Notes: generated by a model from the letters alone, not told the origin. Numbered from the stretch's first letter, positions 8,225-18,537 are shown. The stretch: 64,000 nt of DNA from Lichenihabitans sp. (GCA_965277115.1 CBDIBY010000010.1:277136-341135); one strand, 5' to 3'. Numbers and translations: made by a program.

Positions 8225-10459
8225 TCACGCTGAGACCGTCGTGACGGATGAGCGATGTCCGCGAACGGCTCGCCGGCCGTTGCGGTCGGGGAGGCGGGAC
8301 TTGTTCACCACCGTCGCCACGATGCGGGCGGCGATGACATCGGAGGTCGACAGCGCCTGTTCCACGTCGTCGACGGTCGTGTGGCCATAATCGGTGACGA
8401 GCACGAAGGCGTCGACGAAACCGGCGACGGCCTGCGAATCGACCGAGACCATCAGCGCCGGCAGATCGACGATCGTGTAGTCGTAGGCCTGCTGGGCGGT
8501 GGCAAGCGCACGCTGCATCTGCGCGGATCCGAGCAGATGGAACGGGTGGAGCGGAGCGATCCCGCCGCAACTCAAAAGGTCAAAGCCGAAACCCGTCTTC
8601 GCGACGCAAAGGTCGATCGACGCGACGCCGTCGAGCAGATCGGCGATGCCGCGTTCGGCTCGGGGCGCGAAGGTGGTCGACAGATCCGGCTTGGCGAAAT
8701 CCGCATCGACGACGAGCACCCGCGTCCGTGTCTCCGACAGCATCTGCGCCAGATTGTGGGCCAGCGTCGATTTACCCTCGCCGGGCCAGGCCGAAACGAT
8801 CCCGATGATCGCCCCGCCGTTTCGACGAACGCCTTGATCGACCGCCAGCTTGATGATTCGCAGGGTCTGCGTGGCGCCGCACCAGGGCCGACGCGAATCG
8901 AACAGGGTCACGAGCCCGCCTGGCGGCTGTCCGAGCAGCCGGGCCTCGAGCCGGGACACGGCCATCTGATCGCTCGGCCCGACGACGGCGGTGGCGGCCT
9001 TGGCGAGCGGCAAAGCCCCGGCCAGCGGCAGGCCGAGATCCCGCCTGATCTGCTGCGGCCAGCGGATCCTGCGATCGAGGCTTTCGCGGAGCATGACGAG
9101 GCCACCGCCGAGCACGATGCCGCCCACCGTCGCGAGCAACAGGATTACGGACGATTTGGGGGCGCTCTTGGCCAGCGGCGTCTGGGCGGCCGTCACCAGT
9201 CGGGCCTCGGTCACCGGCAGCGACTGCTGCTGCATGAACTGGGTGACCCGCACATATCTGTTCTGCAGCGCCTCGGCGTCACTCCGGGCCGCCGCGGCGG
9301 CGGAGGTCAAGCTCTTGAGGCGCCGGGCGGCCTCCTCGCCCGCCGCGGGCGAGGTCTGCGCCACCTTGCTCTGCCGCGCCGCGGCCGCGACCTCGTCCGC
9401 CGCGGATTTGAGCTTGTCGCGACTCTCGGCCAGAAGCTGGGACAGGCGCTGCTGGATGCTGGCGATGAGCTCGGATTGCGGCCCGGTCGGCGCCCGACCT
9501 GCGTCGGGCAGCCCTGTCTGACGCAGGGCATCGGAGAGATGCTGCAGCGATGGATCGTTGGTCGCCGCCAAGCCGTCGAGCTTCGCCGACGTCAGGGGCT
9601 GGATGGATCCCGAAGGCGCCAGGGCAGTCAGCTTGTCGACCTGACTCTGATAGAGCGCAAGCGCCAGCCGCGCCTCGTCACGCGGCGGCGGACCTTGCTC
9701 GACGTCGGGCTTGGTAGCTGCGTAAGCGCCCAGGACGGCGGTGTTCTGCCGACGGAAGGTGTCGACGGCCGCCGCAGCGGCCTCGGCCTGCGCCCTTACC
9801 TCGTCGACCCTCTGCTTCATCCAGGCGGCGGCGCGCTGGTTGGCCTGCATCCGCCCGTCGAGCTGATCCTGAATGTAGGCATCGGCGATCGCATTGGCGA
9901 TCGCCGCCGACTTGGCCGGCTCGAGCGTCGTGACCGCGATATCCGCCAGATAGCTATGGCCGGTCCGGAGCACCTTGAGCTTGTGCATCAGCGCGTTGAC
10001 GGCGCTGATCCGTCGATCCTCCGCGGTGGGCGCCACGACCGGCTTATGGACGACCATATCGATGAGCCGCGCCTTCCAGCCCGGTCCCGATCCGATGAAC
10101 TCGGGATCAGCGTCGAGATGCAGTCGGTCGACGACATCGAGCGCGACATGCTGGGACTTCAGAATCTCGATCTGGCTCTCGATCACCGACGGATCGATGA
10201 GCGGCTCCGAGCTTATCTGCGAGGGTGAGGGCGGCGTCTGCTTGGTGTCGGTCATCAGTACGGCGGTGGCCGTATAGGAGTCAGGCGTGACGATCAGATA
10301 GGCGATGGCCAGCCCCAGACAGGCCGCCACGGAGACCAGGATGATGCGCCCGCGTCGTCGCGCCACGTCGATGAGAACGTGCAGATCCAACCGGTGCTCG
10401 TCCGCCGCGCCGCCGACAGTGGAGCGGGTCTGGTGCATCAGTTCCGAAACGACGTTCAT
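8225..10459 (-). CDS. Polysaccharide co-polymerase with C-terminal BY-kinase-like ATPase domain (ExoP/GumC/Wzc family)
   Basis: 744 aa with an N-terminal TM helix, a long coiled periplasmic region and a second TM helix. Walker A is WPGEGKSTLAHNLA, A' is VLVVDADF, and a Walker B-like VLVTD is present. There is no C-terminal Tyr cluster (see findings). Confidence 0.85.
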   Translation of the reverse strand: MNVVSELMHQTRSTVGGAADEHRLDLHVLIDVARRRGRIILVSVAACLGLAIAYLIVTPDSYTATAVLMTDTKQTPPSPSQISSEPLIDPSVIESQIEILKSQHVALDVVDRLHLDADPEFIGSGPGWKARLIDMVVHKPVVAPTAEDRRISAVNALMHKLKVLRTGHSYLADIAVTTLEPAKSAAIANAIADAYIQDQLDGRMQANQRAAAWMKQRVDEVRAQAEAAAAAVDTFRRQNTAVLGAYAATKPDVEQGPPPRDEARLALALYQSQVDKLTALAPSGSIQPLTSAKLDGLAATNDPSLQHLSDALRQTGLPDAGRAPTGPQSELIASIQQRLSQLLAESRDKLKSAADEVAAAARQSKVAQTSPAAGEEAARRLKSLTSAAAAARSDAEALQNRYVRVTQFMQQQSLPVTEARLVTAAQTPLAKSAPKSSVILLLATVGGIVLGGGLVMLRESLDRRIRWPQQIRRDLGLPLAGALPLAKAATAVVGPSDQMAVSRLEARLLGQPPGGLVTLFDSRRPWCGATQTLRIIKLAVDQGVRRNGGAIIGIVSAWPGEGKSTLAHNLAQMLSETRTRVLVVDADFAKPDLSTTFAPRAERGIADLLDGVASIDLCVAKTGFGFDLLSCGGIAPLHPFHLLGSAQMQRALATAQQAYDYTIVDLPALMVSVDSQAVAGFVDAFVLVTDYGHTTVDDVEQALSTSDVIAARIVATVVNKSRLPDRNGRRAVRGHRSSVTTVSA

Positions 10460-11142
10460 ATCAGGGACCTTTCAACGGGTAAGACGGCAAGTCTCAGGTG
10501 CCGATATGATTTGAATTTCGAACGTCAGTTTCGACCTGGCATGGAGCGGCTCTACACACGCGCTATGTGTCGCTACATTATTTATATCATAGGTAAACCA
10601 ATCATGGATTCCCATCCATCACCATAGAATCGCGTGGCCGGAGTATTTCCAACTAGACGGCATAGGAAACACGGGAATTTATTGTTCCGGCAGCAGATAG
10701 ATCGTGGCCCTGTTGGTCCACATGACACCCGAGGCGCTCGGGCGCTGTTGCCTCGGACGATACCAGCGCACGTGTCGAACCGAGCCACACCCGCTCGCTA
10801 GTCGTTATGGTGCACTGCATATAGAACGTCAGGGAATCTGTAAACACCCCCCGCCGGCATTTTTTGCTTTCCTGGCTGTATATTCCGTCTCGGCTTAAAC
10901 AATTGGCAGTGCACAGTGTGAAATCACACAGAAAATGAGGCAAAAAATTGGCAGTCTGCCAAAACTTAATCACAATGATCTTCGTGAAAGCAGTTGGTTG
11001 GGGTTCATTCTACGTTCATATTCCCAGCATACCTTATTCGCAGGAGCGACGGGGGGCGCAATTACGCGAAAAAAATTGAGCAACGCTGGAACCAACGACG
11101 GGAATTGCGGTTAACGCAGCGTTTGCGAGCGGCCATGCTGCA
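10460..11142. promoter_or_regulatory. Long AT-rich divergent control region of the EPS cluster
   Basis: No credible ORF. A hand-counted sample (10561-10660) is 44% G+C against about 62% in genes. It contains palindromes GTGTGA-AA-TCACAC (10916-10929) and TTGGCAG-T-CTGCCAA (10948-10962), plus a second AATTGGCAGT copy at 10901-10910. Confidence 0.5.
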
Positions 11143-11997
11143 GTGCAATATCGCAGCTGGCGACCGCAAGACGCCAGCCAGGCCATGATCGATCGATGTT
11201 CGGAGCGACGGACGATGACATTCAAACATGCCTTTTTTGACAGCCCGCAAGACATCAGGTCCGTGAACGCCAGAACATCGAATCCCTTTCCGCGGCGCGT
11301 TCCGGGATCGATCAAGCCCGATGAAGTGTCAGGCGGTGCAATTGTTCGAGCTCGCGACAACGGTGTCGTCGAGCCGGCGCGGGAACACAGCGTGGCTTCG
11401 GCCGGCCTCAAGAGGGCATTCGACTTCACCTTCGCCGCGCTGTTCATCGTGGCTCTGATCCCGGCGTTTGTGCTGATCGCGGCGCTCATCAAGAGCACCT
11501 CCAGCGGCGGCATATTGTTTCGCCAGAAGCGCTACGGGGCGGATGGCCGATTGTTCGAGATCTGGAAATTCAGGACCATGTATCTTTCGCTCGGCGATCA
11601 GAACGGCGTGAAACAGACCACGGAGAACGATCCTCGGGTGACGCCCTTCGGCCGATTCCTGAGACGGACGAGCCTCGATGAATTGCCGCAGATGTTCAAC
11701 GTGCTGAGAGGGGAGATGTCGCTGATCGGACCTCGCCCGCATGTACCGGGCATGCTCGCCGGCGGCGTGCTTTACGAGGAACTCGTCCCCGTCTACCACC
11801 AGCGCCATGCCATACGGCCCGGAATTACCGGTTTGGCTCAGGTGTCGGGCTACCGCGGTGCCACGGAAGACCCCGAGCTCGCCAGAGGCCGCGTCCATTA
11901 CGATCTGATCTACATCCAAAGCTGGTCGTTTTGGCTCGACATCAAGATACTCGTACTCACGGTTTGGCGGGAACTGAAGGGGGGAACCGGCATCTGA
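11143..11997 (+). CDS. Undecaprenyl-phosphate sugar-phosphotransferase (ExoY/WbaP C-terminal type priming transferase)
   Basis: Bacterial sugar transferase signature [17 protein letters not shown]...[18 protein letters not shown]...[38 protein letters not shown]. The start may be the ATG at 11215 (MTFKH...). Confidence 0.85.
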   Translation: MQYRSWRPQDASQAMIDRCSERRTMTFKHAFFDSPQDIRSVNARTSNPFPRRVPGSIKPDEVSGGAIVRARDNGVVEPAREHSVASAGLKRAFDFTFAALFIVALIPAFVLIAALIKSTSSGGILFRQKRYGADGRLFEIWKFRTMYLSLGDQNGVKQTTENDPRVTPFGRFLRRTSLDELPQMFNVLRGEMSLIGPRPHVPGMLAGGVLYEELVPVYHQRHAIRPGITGLAQVSGYRGATEDPELARGRVHYDLIYIQSWSFWLDIKILVLTVWRELKGGTGI

Positions 11998-12118
11998 GCC
12001 AGGTTCCTCGACTGCCGGCGTTGCCGAGCTCTGCCTCCGGTATCCCATCCTCCGCCGGCTCGTTTTTTGCGGCCGGTGCGAACCCGGCGCGTCCCGATCC
12101 AGCATTGAAGGCCCGCAT

Positions 12119-13390
12119 ATGCGCCATAGTCCGTCGTCGTCCTATTCCCGCAGGCATCTCGGCACCGCATTAACCTGCGCGCTGCTCTTCGGCTCCTGTT
12201 CTCCCGGTTGGGCGGATTATAAGATCGCCGCCGGCGACATGCTGAGCTTTTCGGTCGCGGGCCTGCCGGATCTGGCCGCCAAGAGCTCGGTCGATATCGA
12301 TGGCGCAGCGACGATTCCCCTTCTGGGGCAGGTTCCGGTCGCCGGTCTGAGCGTCGAGGACGCCCTCGCCAAGATCCGTGCGGCGCTGCCGGGCAAGGAA
12401 TTTCATCGTCGCACGGCTGATGGGCGGGAGTTTCCGGTGATCATATCGCCGGACGAGATCGGCCTGACGATTTTGGAATATCGGCCCGTCTATCTGAACG
12501 GCGACGTCGCCCATCCGGGATCGGAAGCCTATCGCCCCGGCCTGACGGTTCGCCAGGCCGTCGCGCTCGCGGGTGGATACGATGTTCTTCGGTTCAAGCT
12601 GGACAATCCGTTCCTGCAGCTGTCCGACCTGACCAGCACCTACAACACCCTGTGGATCGACTACGCCAAGCAGCAGGTCTTGCTGGCGCGGATTCGGGCG
12701 GAACTCGACGGCAAATCGGCGATCGACGCCAAGGCGGTGATCGGCACCCCGGTCGCCGCGAGCCTGACCCGTGAGATCGTCGACAATCAGGCAAGCCAAT
12801 TGGCGGTGCGAAACGCGGATTTCGTCAAGGAGCAGGCCTACCTGCGGAATGCCGCGGCCAAAGAGAGCGACCGTGCCAGCATCCTCAGCCAGCAACAGGT
12901 CAAGGAACAGGACGGGGTCAAGGCGGACGAAGCGGATTTCGAACGCTACACGGCCCTTTACAAGAAGGGGGCGGTCGCGCTCCCCGGCCTGGCGGATGCC
13001 CGCCGGACCGTGCTGCTCTCCTCGACGCGCGCGCTCCAGACTACCGCCCTCCTCGATACCGTCGAGCGTGAGGAGCAGGATCTGAGCTGGAAGCTCGAGA
13101 GCACCGGGAACACCCGTCGGATCCGGCTTCTCCAGGAGCTTCAGGACGCGAACACCTCCCTGGCCGGCACGCGCGCCCAGCTTCAGGCCGTCAGCGACAA
13201 GCTGCGATATACGGGGATGGTCAAGTCGCAACTGGTGAGAGGTGACGACAGCCGGCCAAAAGTCACCATCGTACGAAGCGTGGACGGTAAGCAGGTCGAC
13301 GTCGGCGCAAGCGTCGATACGGAATTGCAGCCGGGCGACACGGTCGAGATCGCCTTGCAGATGGTCGAGCCCTTGGCCGCATCGCAATGA
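12119..13390 (+). CDS. Periplasmic/outer-membrane polysaccharide export protein (ExoF/GumB/Wza family)
   Basis: 423 aa with a signal or lipobox-like LLFGSCS. The PES-type motif YKIAAGDMLSFSV is present, followed by a long coiled central part and a C-terminal LQPGDTVEI motif. Confidence 0.8.
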   Translation: MRHSPSSSYSRRHLGTALTCALLFGSCSPGWADYKIAAGDMLSFSVAGLPDLAAKSSVDIDGAATIPLLGQVPVAGLSVEDALAKIRAALPGKEFHRRTADGREFPVIISPDEIGLTILEYRPVYLNGDVAHPGSEAYRPGLTVRQAVALAGGYDVLRFKLDNPFLQLSDLTSTYNTLWIDYAKQQVLLARIRAELDGKSAIDAKAVIGTPVAASLTREIVDNQASQLAVRNADFVKEQAYLRNAAAKESDRASILSQQQVKEQDGVKADEADFERYTALYKKGAVALPGLADARRTVLLSSTRALQTTALLDTVEREEQDLSWKLESTGNTRRIRLLQELQDANTSLAGTRAQLQAVSDKLRYTGMVKSQLVRGDDSRPKVTIVRSVDGKQVDVGASVDTELQPGDTVEIALQMVEPLAASQ

Positions 13391-13574
13391 GCCAAGACTC
13401 TTGCAACGGCGAAATCGACGATCGATATTTGACCAGTCCGCAGCTGCTCATGACATCGATCTTATCTAGACATTTTATTTGCTACAATAATACTGAGCCA
13501 CCAATCTCGCAGAAGGCAGGCGAGGTCCACCGCCGACGGGTTTTCTTGGTCCGCTCCGGGTCGGTTCAACTCGT

Positions 13575-14858
13575 CTAGCCCGAGACTTCATCCGCGCCGC
13601 ACCAATCAAAAATGGTGAGCGCCATCACCTTGATCGAGGTGATGTAATCTTCGATGGAGACATATTCGTCGTTCGAATGCATCACGGCTGTCGATCCCGG
13701 CCCGAAGATCACGGTCGGGGTCCCGCCATAGCTGTTGAGGAACCGCGTATCCGCAGCACCCTGGCGGCCGCTGATCTCGGGATCGCGCCCGGTGATCTCC
13801 TTATAGGTCTTGCACAGGGTCTCGACGATCGCGTGATCGCGCGGGATCTCGGAGGCCTCCGCGTCATAACCGACGAACCGCACGATCGGCGGATGGTCCT
13901 TCATCCATGGATCCTGGGCGGCGAGCTGCGCGATCTGCTCGACGAGGCTCCGCTTCACGCCTTCGTGGTCCTCGCCCGGAACGGTTCCGATGCTGCCCTT
14001 CAACAAAGCGCTGGCCGGGAAGGCGCTCGGATAATTGCCGGCCGAGAAGCTGCCGATCATGCAGGGCATGGAATCGAGGGCATTGGGATAGAGGGGGTGG
14101 GACACGGTGGCGATGCGCTTCGCCTCGAGCGCGTTCACGGCTTCGACGATCTTGTTGCCGAGTTCGATGCCGCTGATGCCGTCGTAGCGCTTCTGAATGC
14201 CGACGGGTTTCCCATGCACCTCGATTTCGAACCAGATCCGTCCGATACACGCCGGTTGCACCGCAAGATCGCTCGTCTCGCCGGATATGCCCGCGTCGGC
14301 CTTGTAACCCCGGATCACCGTATCGAGCGTTCCATGGCCGCTGACTTCCTCGTCGATGACGATGTTGATATGGACGTCGCCCCGGGGCGTAAGCCCTGCC
14401 GCTTTCATGAATTCCACCGCCATGATGTGGCTGGCGACGCCGCTCTTCATGTCGGCCGAACCGCGCCCGTAGATGCGACCGTCCTTGATGGTCGCGGACC
14501 AGGGATCATCGCTCCATCCCTCCCCGCCGCCGACCGGAATCACATCCGTATGGCCGTTCAACAGGAGCGAACGGCCATGATCGGAGCCCTTGAGGGTCGC
14601 CACGATGTTCGGTCGTCCCTCGTAACCCCGGCTCACCGGCCGGTAACCGGGGTGCGTCTTCAACTCCTCCCAATCGGTCTCCCACATGTCGACGTCGAGC
14701 CCGATCATCGTCAGGTAGCCGGAGAGGAACGTCTGGATCGCCGCCTCGTCGCCGGTCACGCTCGGGATCGAGATCATCGTCCTGAGGAAATCGATGGCCT
14801 TGTCGCGGTTTCCGTCAATCGTATCCAGCAATCTGCGGCGTGAGTGATCCGTGCCCAT
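13575..14858 (-). CDS. M20-family metallohydrolase (ArgE/DapE/ACY1-like amidohydrolase)
   Basis: Motifs LLLNGHTDVIPVG, GRGSADMKSG and IVIDEEVSGHG. Start chosen at Met16 (14858) because GGAGAA lies 4 nt upstream. The longest ORF starts at 14903. Confidence 0.8.
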   Translation of the reverse strand: MGTDHSRRRLLDTIDGNRDKAIDFLRTMISIPSVTGDEAAIQTFLSGYLTMIGLDVDMWETDWEELKTHPGYRPVSRGYEGRPNIVATLKGSDHGRSLLLNGHTDVIPVGGGEGWSDDPWSATIKDGRIYGRGSADMKSGVASHIMAVEFMKAAGLTPRGDVHINIVIDEEVSGHGTLDTVIRGYKADAGISGETSDLAVQPACIGRIWFEIEVHGKPVGIQKRYDGISGIELGNKIVEAVNALEAKRIATVSHPLYPNALDSMPCMIGSFSAGNYPSAFPASALLKGSIGTVPGEDHEGVKRSLVEQIAQLAAQDPWMKDHPPIVRFVGYDAEASEIPRDHAIVETLCKTYKEITGRDPEISGRQGAADTRFLNSYGGTPTVIFGPGSTAVMHSNDEYVSIEDYITSIKVMALTIFDWCGADEVSG

Positions 14859-14933
14859 AGATTTCTCCAAACCTGAAGCCGGAGCCGTCGTGGCCCCGAT
14901 CATGTGCGTCTTGCCGGCGAGCCGGCGCGATGC

Positions 14934-15630
<697 letters not shown>

Positions 15631-15638
<8 letters not shown>

Positions 15639-16428
15639 GTTTCCTGGCTCCCTGCCCGAGATAAGCGCGAATCACGTCCGGGTTCCCCTGAATCGCCGCA
15701 GGCGGTCCCTCGGCGATGATCCGACCGTAGTTCAACACCACGATCCGGTCGGACACGCCCATCACCATCGGCATGTCGTGTTCGACGAGCAGGATGGAGA
15801 TCCCAAGCTCACGCACGCGCCCGATGAGCTTCATGAAACGCTGCGTTTCGGACGGGTTCATGCCCGAGACCGGCTCGTCCAGCAGCAGCATGGAGGGCTT
15901 GGCCGCCAGCGCGAGGGCGACCCCGAGGAGCCGCTGATCGCCATAGGGCAGCGAGCCCGCGAGCTCGTTCCGGCGATGGTCGATGCCGACCAGCCGCAGG
16001 ATGTCGCCCGCTTCTTCCCTGAGTTCCCGCTCGGACGCCTTCTCGCGTGGCAGCGCCAGCAACGTGTCCCAGAGCGTCGAGCGACCGCGGCGATGCAGAC
16101 CCGTCAGGACGTTGTCGAACACCGTACTGGCCTGGAACACGCTCGTGCGCTGGAAGGTCCGTACCAGGCCGAGAGCCGCAACCTCGTGGGGCTTGAGGCC
16201 TTTGAGGGAACGGCCGCGATACCGGACCTCGCCCTTGGTGGGGCGCATGAAGCCGGTGATCACGTTGAAGGCGGTCGTCTTGCCGGCGCCGTTCGGCCCG
16301 ATGAGGCTCAGCACCTCGCCCTCGCGGACCGAAAACGTCATATCCGAGATGGCGATGAGGCCGCCGAAATGCACCGCGACATGTTCGATCGTCAGCGCCG
16401 GAGCGGCGGTGGAGACCAGAAAGGTCAT
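15631..16428 (-). CDS. livG: Branched-chain amino acid/amide ABC transporter ATP-binding protein (LivG type)
   Basis: Internal ATG (16428) of ORF 15631..17196, in ATGA overlap with the livM stop. Motifs GPNGAGKTT, LPYGDQRLL and LLLDEPVSG. Confidence 0.9.
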
Positions 16429-17459
16429 GGCTGCTCCTGAGGCTTGACCTCTCCCGGCAGCGCGGACGATCCGTTCGAAGATCGCGAAAACCACCGCTCG
16501 ATCGCCGGGACGATCCCCTGCGGCAGAACGAAGACGATCACGATCATCAGGACGCCGTAGAGGATCCACTGCAGTTCGGGCCCGGCAACCGCGCGAACCC
16601 CGACCGGGAAGAAGCCGAAGATGAGGCCTCCGACCACCGGGCCGGCGAGCGTACCCTTGCCCCCGGTGATCACCATGATCACCATGGTGACGGTGTATAG
16701 GAAGGCGAAGACATCCGGGTCGATGATCTGCAGGTAATGGGCATAGAGGCTCCCGGCCGCACCGGCGATGGCGGCCGAGATCACGGCAGCGATCACCAGG
16801 TAATGCGTGACGTCGATGCCCATCGACATCGCCAGGGACTCGTTGTCCTTGAGGGCCATCATGGCGCGCCCGGCCCGGGAGCGAACGACCCGCCTGATCA
16901 GCACATAGGCCAGAATGCCGACCCCGAGCACCAGATAATAGTTCGGCACCTTGCCCCAGAAGGTCAGTTCGCCGAGACCCGGCAACCCGAGAGTGAACGG
17001 CGGAATGCCGGTCAGGGCGAGCGGCCCTTGCGTCAGTTCCACCCAATTGAGCGCGACGAGGCGCACGACTTCGGCGAAGCTGATCGCGACGATGACGAAA
17101 TAGGCCCCGCGCACGCGAAACGAGAGCTTTCCGACGAGATAGCCGAAAACGCCGGCCACGATGGTTCCGATCACGAAACCCGACCAGACCGGCCACGGAT
17201 CGTGCACGATGCGAAAGTCGCCGACGATGCCGATATCGAAGCCGAGCGACACGAGCGCGCTCGTATAGGCGCCGATGCCGAAGAAGGCGACGTGCCCCAG
17301 GCTGAGCTGGCCCGTATAGCCGAGCAACAGGTTCAGGCTCATGGCGGCAATCGTAAAGATCCCCGTCGTGATGAACGCGTTCAGGAGATATGGATCACGC
17401 AGCCACAGCGGAACGGACAGCAACGCCGCAACCGCGACGTAAGGAAGAAGACGTGTCAT
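16425..17459 (-). CDS. livM: Branched-chain amino acid ABC permease (LivM type)
   Basis: 344-aa polytopic membrane protein with LivM-like sequence (LLGYTGQLSLGHVAFFGIGAY). It overlaps both the livH and livG genes. Confidence 0.85.
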   Translation of the reverse strand: MTRLLPYVAVAALLSVPLWLRDPYLLNAFITTGIFTIAAMSLNLLLGYTGQLSLGHVAFFGIGAYTSALVSLGFDIGIVGDFRIVHDPWPVWSGFVIGTIVAGVFGYLVGKLSFRVRGAYFVIVAISFAEVVRLVALNWVELTQGPLALTGIPPFTLGLPGLGELTFWGKVPNYYLVLGVGILAYVLIRRVVRSRAGRAMMALKDNESLAMSMGIDVTHYLVIAAVISAAIAGAAGSLYAHYLQIIDPDVFAFLYTVTMVIMVITGGKGTLAGPVVGGLIFGFFPVGVRAVAGPELQWILYGVLMIVIVFVLPQGIVPAIERWFSRSSNGSSALPGEVKPQEQP

Positions 17460-18340
17460 CCGATGCGCTCCGCGCGGGCGAACAGGCCGGTCGGCTTGAA
17501 CAGCAGCACCGCGATGATGATCAGGAAGCCCATCGCGTCTCGATAGCCGGAGGAAATATAGCCGGCGCCTAATTCTTCGGCGAAGGCCAGGATGAAGCCG
17601 CCGAACGCAGCCCCGGTGATGTTGCCGAGCCCGCCGAGAATCACGATCGCGAAGGCTTTCAGCGAGGCCAGATCACCCATGCGTGGCGAGATCACGTAAA
17701 CCGGCCCGAGCAGCGCGCCAGCCGCCGCCGCGAGGCTCGAGCCGAGGGCGAAGGTCGCCATGTAGATGGCCTGCACGTTGACGCCCATGAGGGAGGCGGT
17801 GTCCCGGTCCTGGAAGGTCGCCCGCATGGCCTTGCCGAGCTTGGTCCGATTGATCAGGACATAAGTTCCCGCGATGAGCAGAAGCGCGGCGGCGAAAACG
17901 AAAACCCGCAGCCAGGAGAGCGATACGGGGCCGAGCACCAACGGGCTTTCTGGAAAGGGCGTCGGCACCGATTTGGCGACCCCGCCCCAAAGAAGCTGCT
18001 CGCCGTTCTGCATGACGATCATGGCGCCGATCATGATCAGCATGGTCGTATCCATGTCGGCGTCGCGCATCGGCCGGAGCAGCACGAATTCGATCGCGGC
18101 GCCAAGCAGGCAGCCCGCCGCGATCGAGAAGATGATGGCGACGAAGAAATTGAGACCCAGCATCGAGCTGGCGAGAAATATCATGTATCCGCCGAAGGTG
18201 TATAATTCACCGTGGGCGAAGTTCACCACGCGCATGATCCCGAAGATCAAGGTCAGCCCGATACCCAGGAGCGCATAGGTGCCGCCAAGGATCAGGGCAT
18301 TGGCGACATGCTGCAAGAACTCGGCCAAAACGTTCCTCAC
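17456..18340 (-). CDS. livH: Branched-chain amino acid ABC permease (LivH type)
   Basis: 294-aa polytopic protein with LivH-like motifs (LILGGTYALLGIGLTLIFG, VNFAHGE). GTG start. Confidence 0.85.
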   Translation of the reverse strand: MRNVLAEFLQHVANALILGGTYALLGIGLTLIFGIMRVVNFAHGELYTFGGYMIFLASSMLGLNFFVAIIFSIAAGCLLGAAIEFVLLRPMRDADMDTTMLIMIGAMIVMQNGEQLLWGGVAKSVPTPFPESPLVLGPVSLSWLRVFVFAAALLLIAGTYVLINRTKLGKAMRATFQDRDTASLMGVNVQAIYMATFALGSSLAAAAGALLGPVYVISPRMGDLASLKAFAIVILGGLGNITGAAFGGFILAFAEELGAGYISSGYRDAMGFLIIIAVLLFKPTGLFARAERIG

Positions 18341-18393
18341 AAAGCGCGTTGCCTGCGACGGCCGGACCCGCCGAGGCGATTATTGCGGTCGCA

Positions 18394-18419
18394 CACGGCG
18401 GATCGTTATATCCGCCGTG
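18394..18419 (-). other. Perfect 10-bp stem-loop between DUF1989 gene and livH
   Basis: CACGGCGGAT-cgttat-ATCCGCCGTG read directly from the sequence. There is no U-tract, so it may be an intercistronic processing or stability element. Confidence 0.3.
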
Positions 18420-18537
18420 AATCCATGAAAACGAAACCGCTCAGCGCACCGCCATGCGATACGAAGCGTAGTCGCAATATCCCGTATGCCTGAGATCTTG
18501 CCGATCAAACCACCGGCTCGCCAATATCAATCGTTCA

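Noticed and set aside
8255-10228. 657-aa + strand ORF
   Set aside because: It is an antisense shadow of the ExoP-like gene with Arg/Gly/Leu-rich low complexity.
10916-10929. CRP/FNR-like TGTGA...TCACA palindrome
   Set aside because: The half-sites are separated by only 2 nt instead of 6, so this is not a CRP/FNR-type site. It is kept only as a generic palindrome.
10901-10962. Sigma-54 (-24/-12)-like TGGCA elements
   Set aside because: The GG-N10-GC spacing is not satisfied in either copy. The second copy is better explained as a 15-bp perfect palindrome.
10653-10973. Small ORFs in the AT-rich EPS control region (10653..10973 -, 10704..10898 +, 10994..11188 +, 10379..10627 +)
   Set aside because: They have atypical codon usage for this genome, Cys/Phe/Ser-rich odd composition and no SD sequences. 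They are most likely non-coding regulatory DNA.
12170-13387. 405-aa - strand ORF
   Set aside because: It is antisense to the ExoF/Wza-like gene, which carries the recognisable export-protein motifs.
13391-13574. Convergent-gene gap after the exporter gene as a bidirectional terminator
   Set aside because: It is AT-richer, but I found only a 3-bp stem before GTTTTCTT. That is too weak to call.
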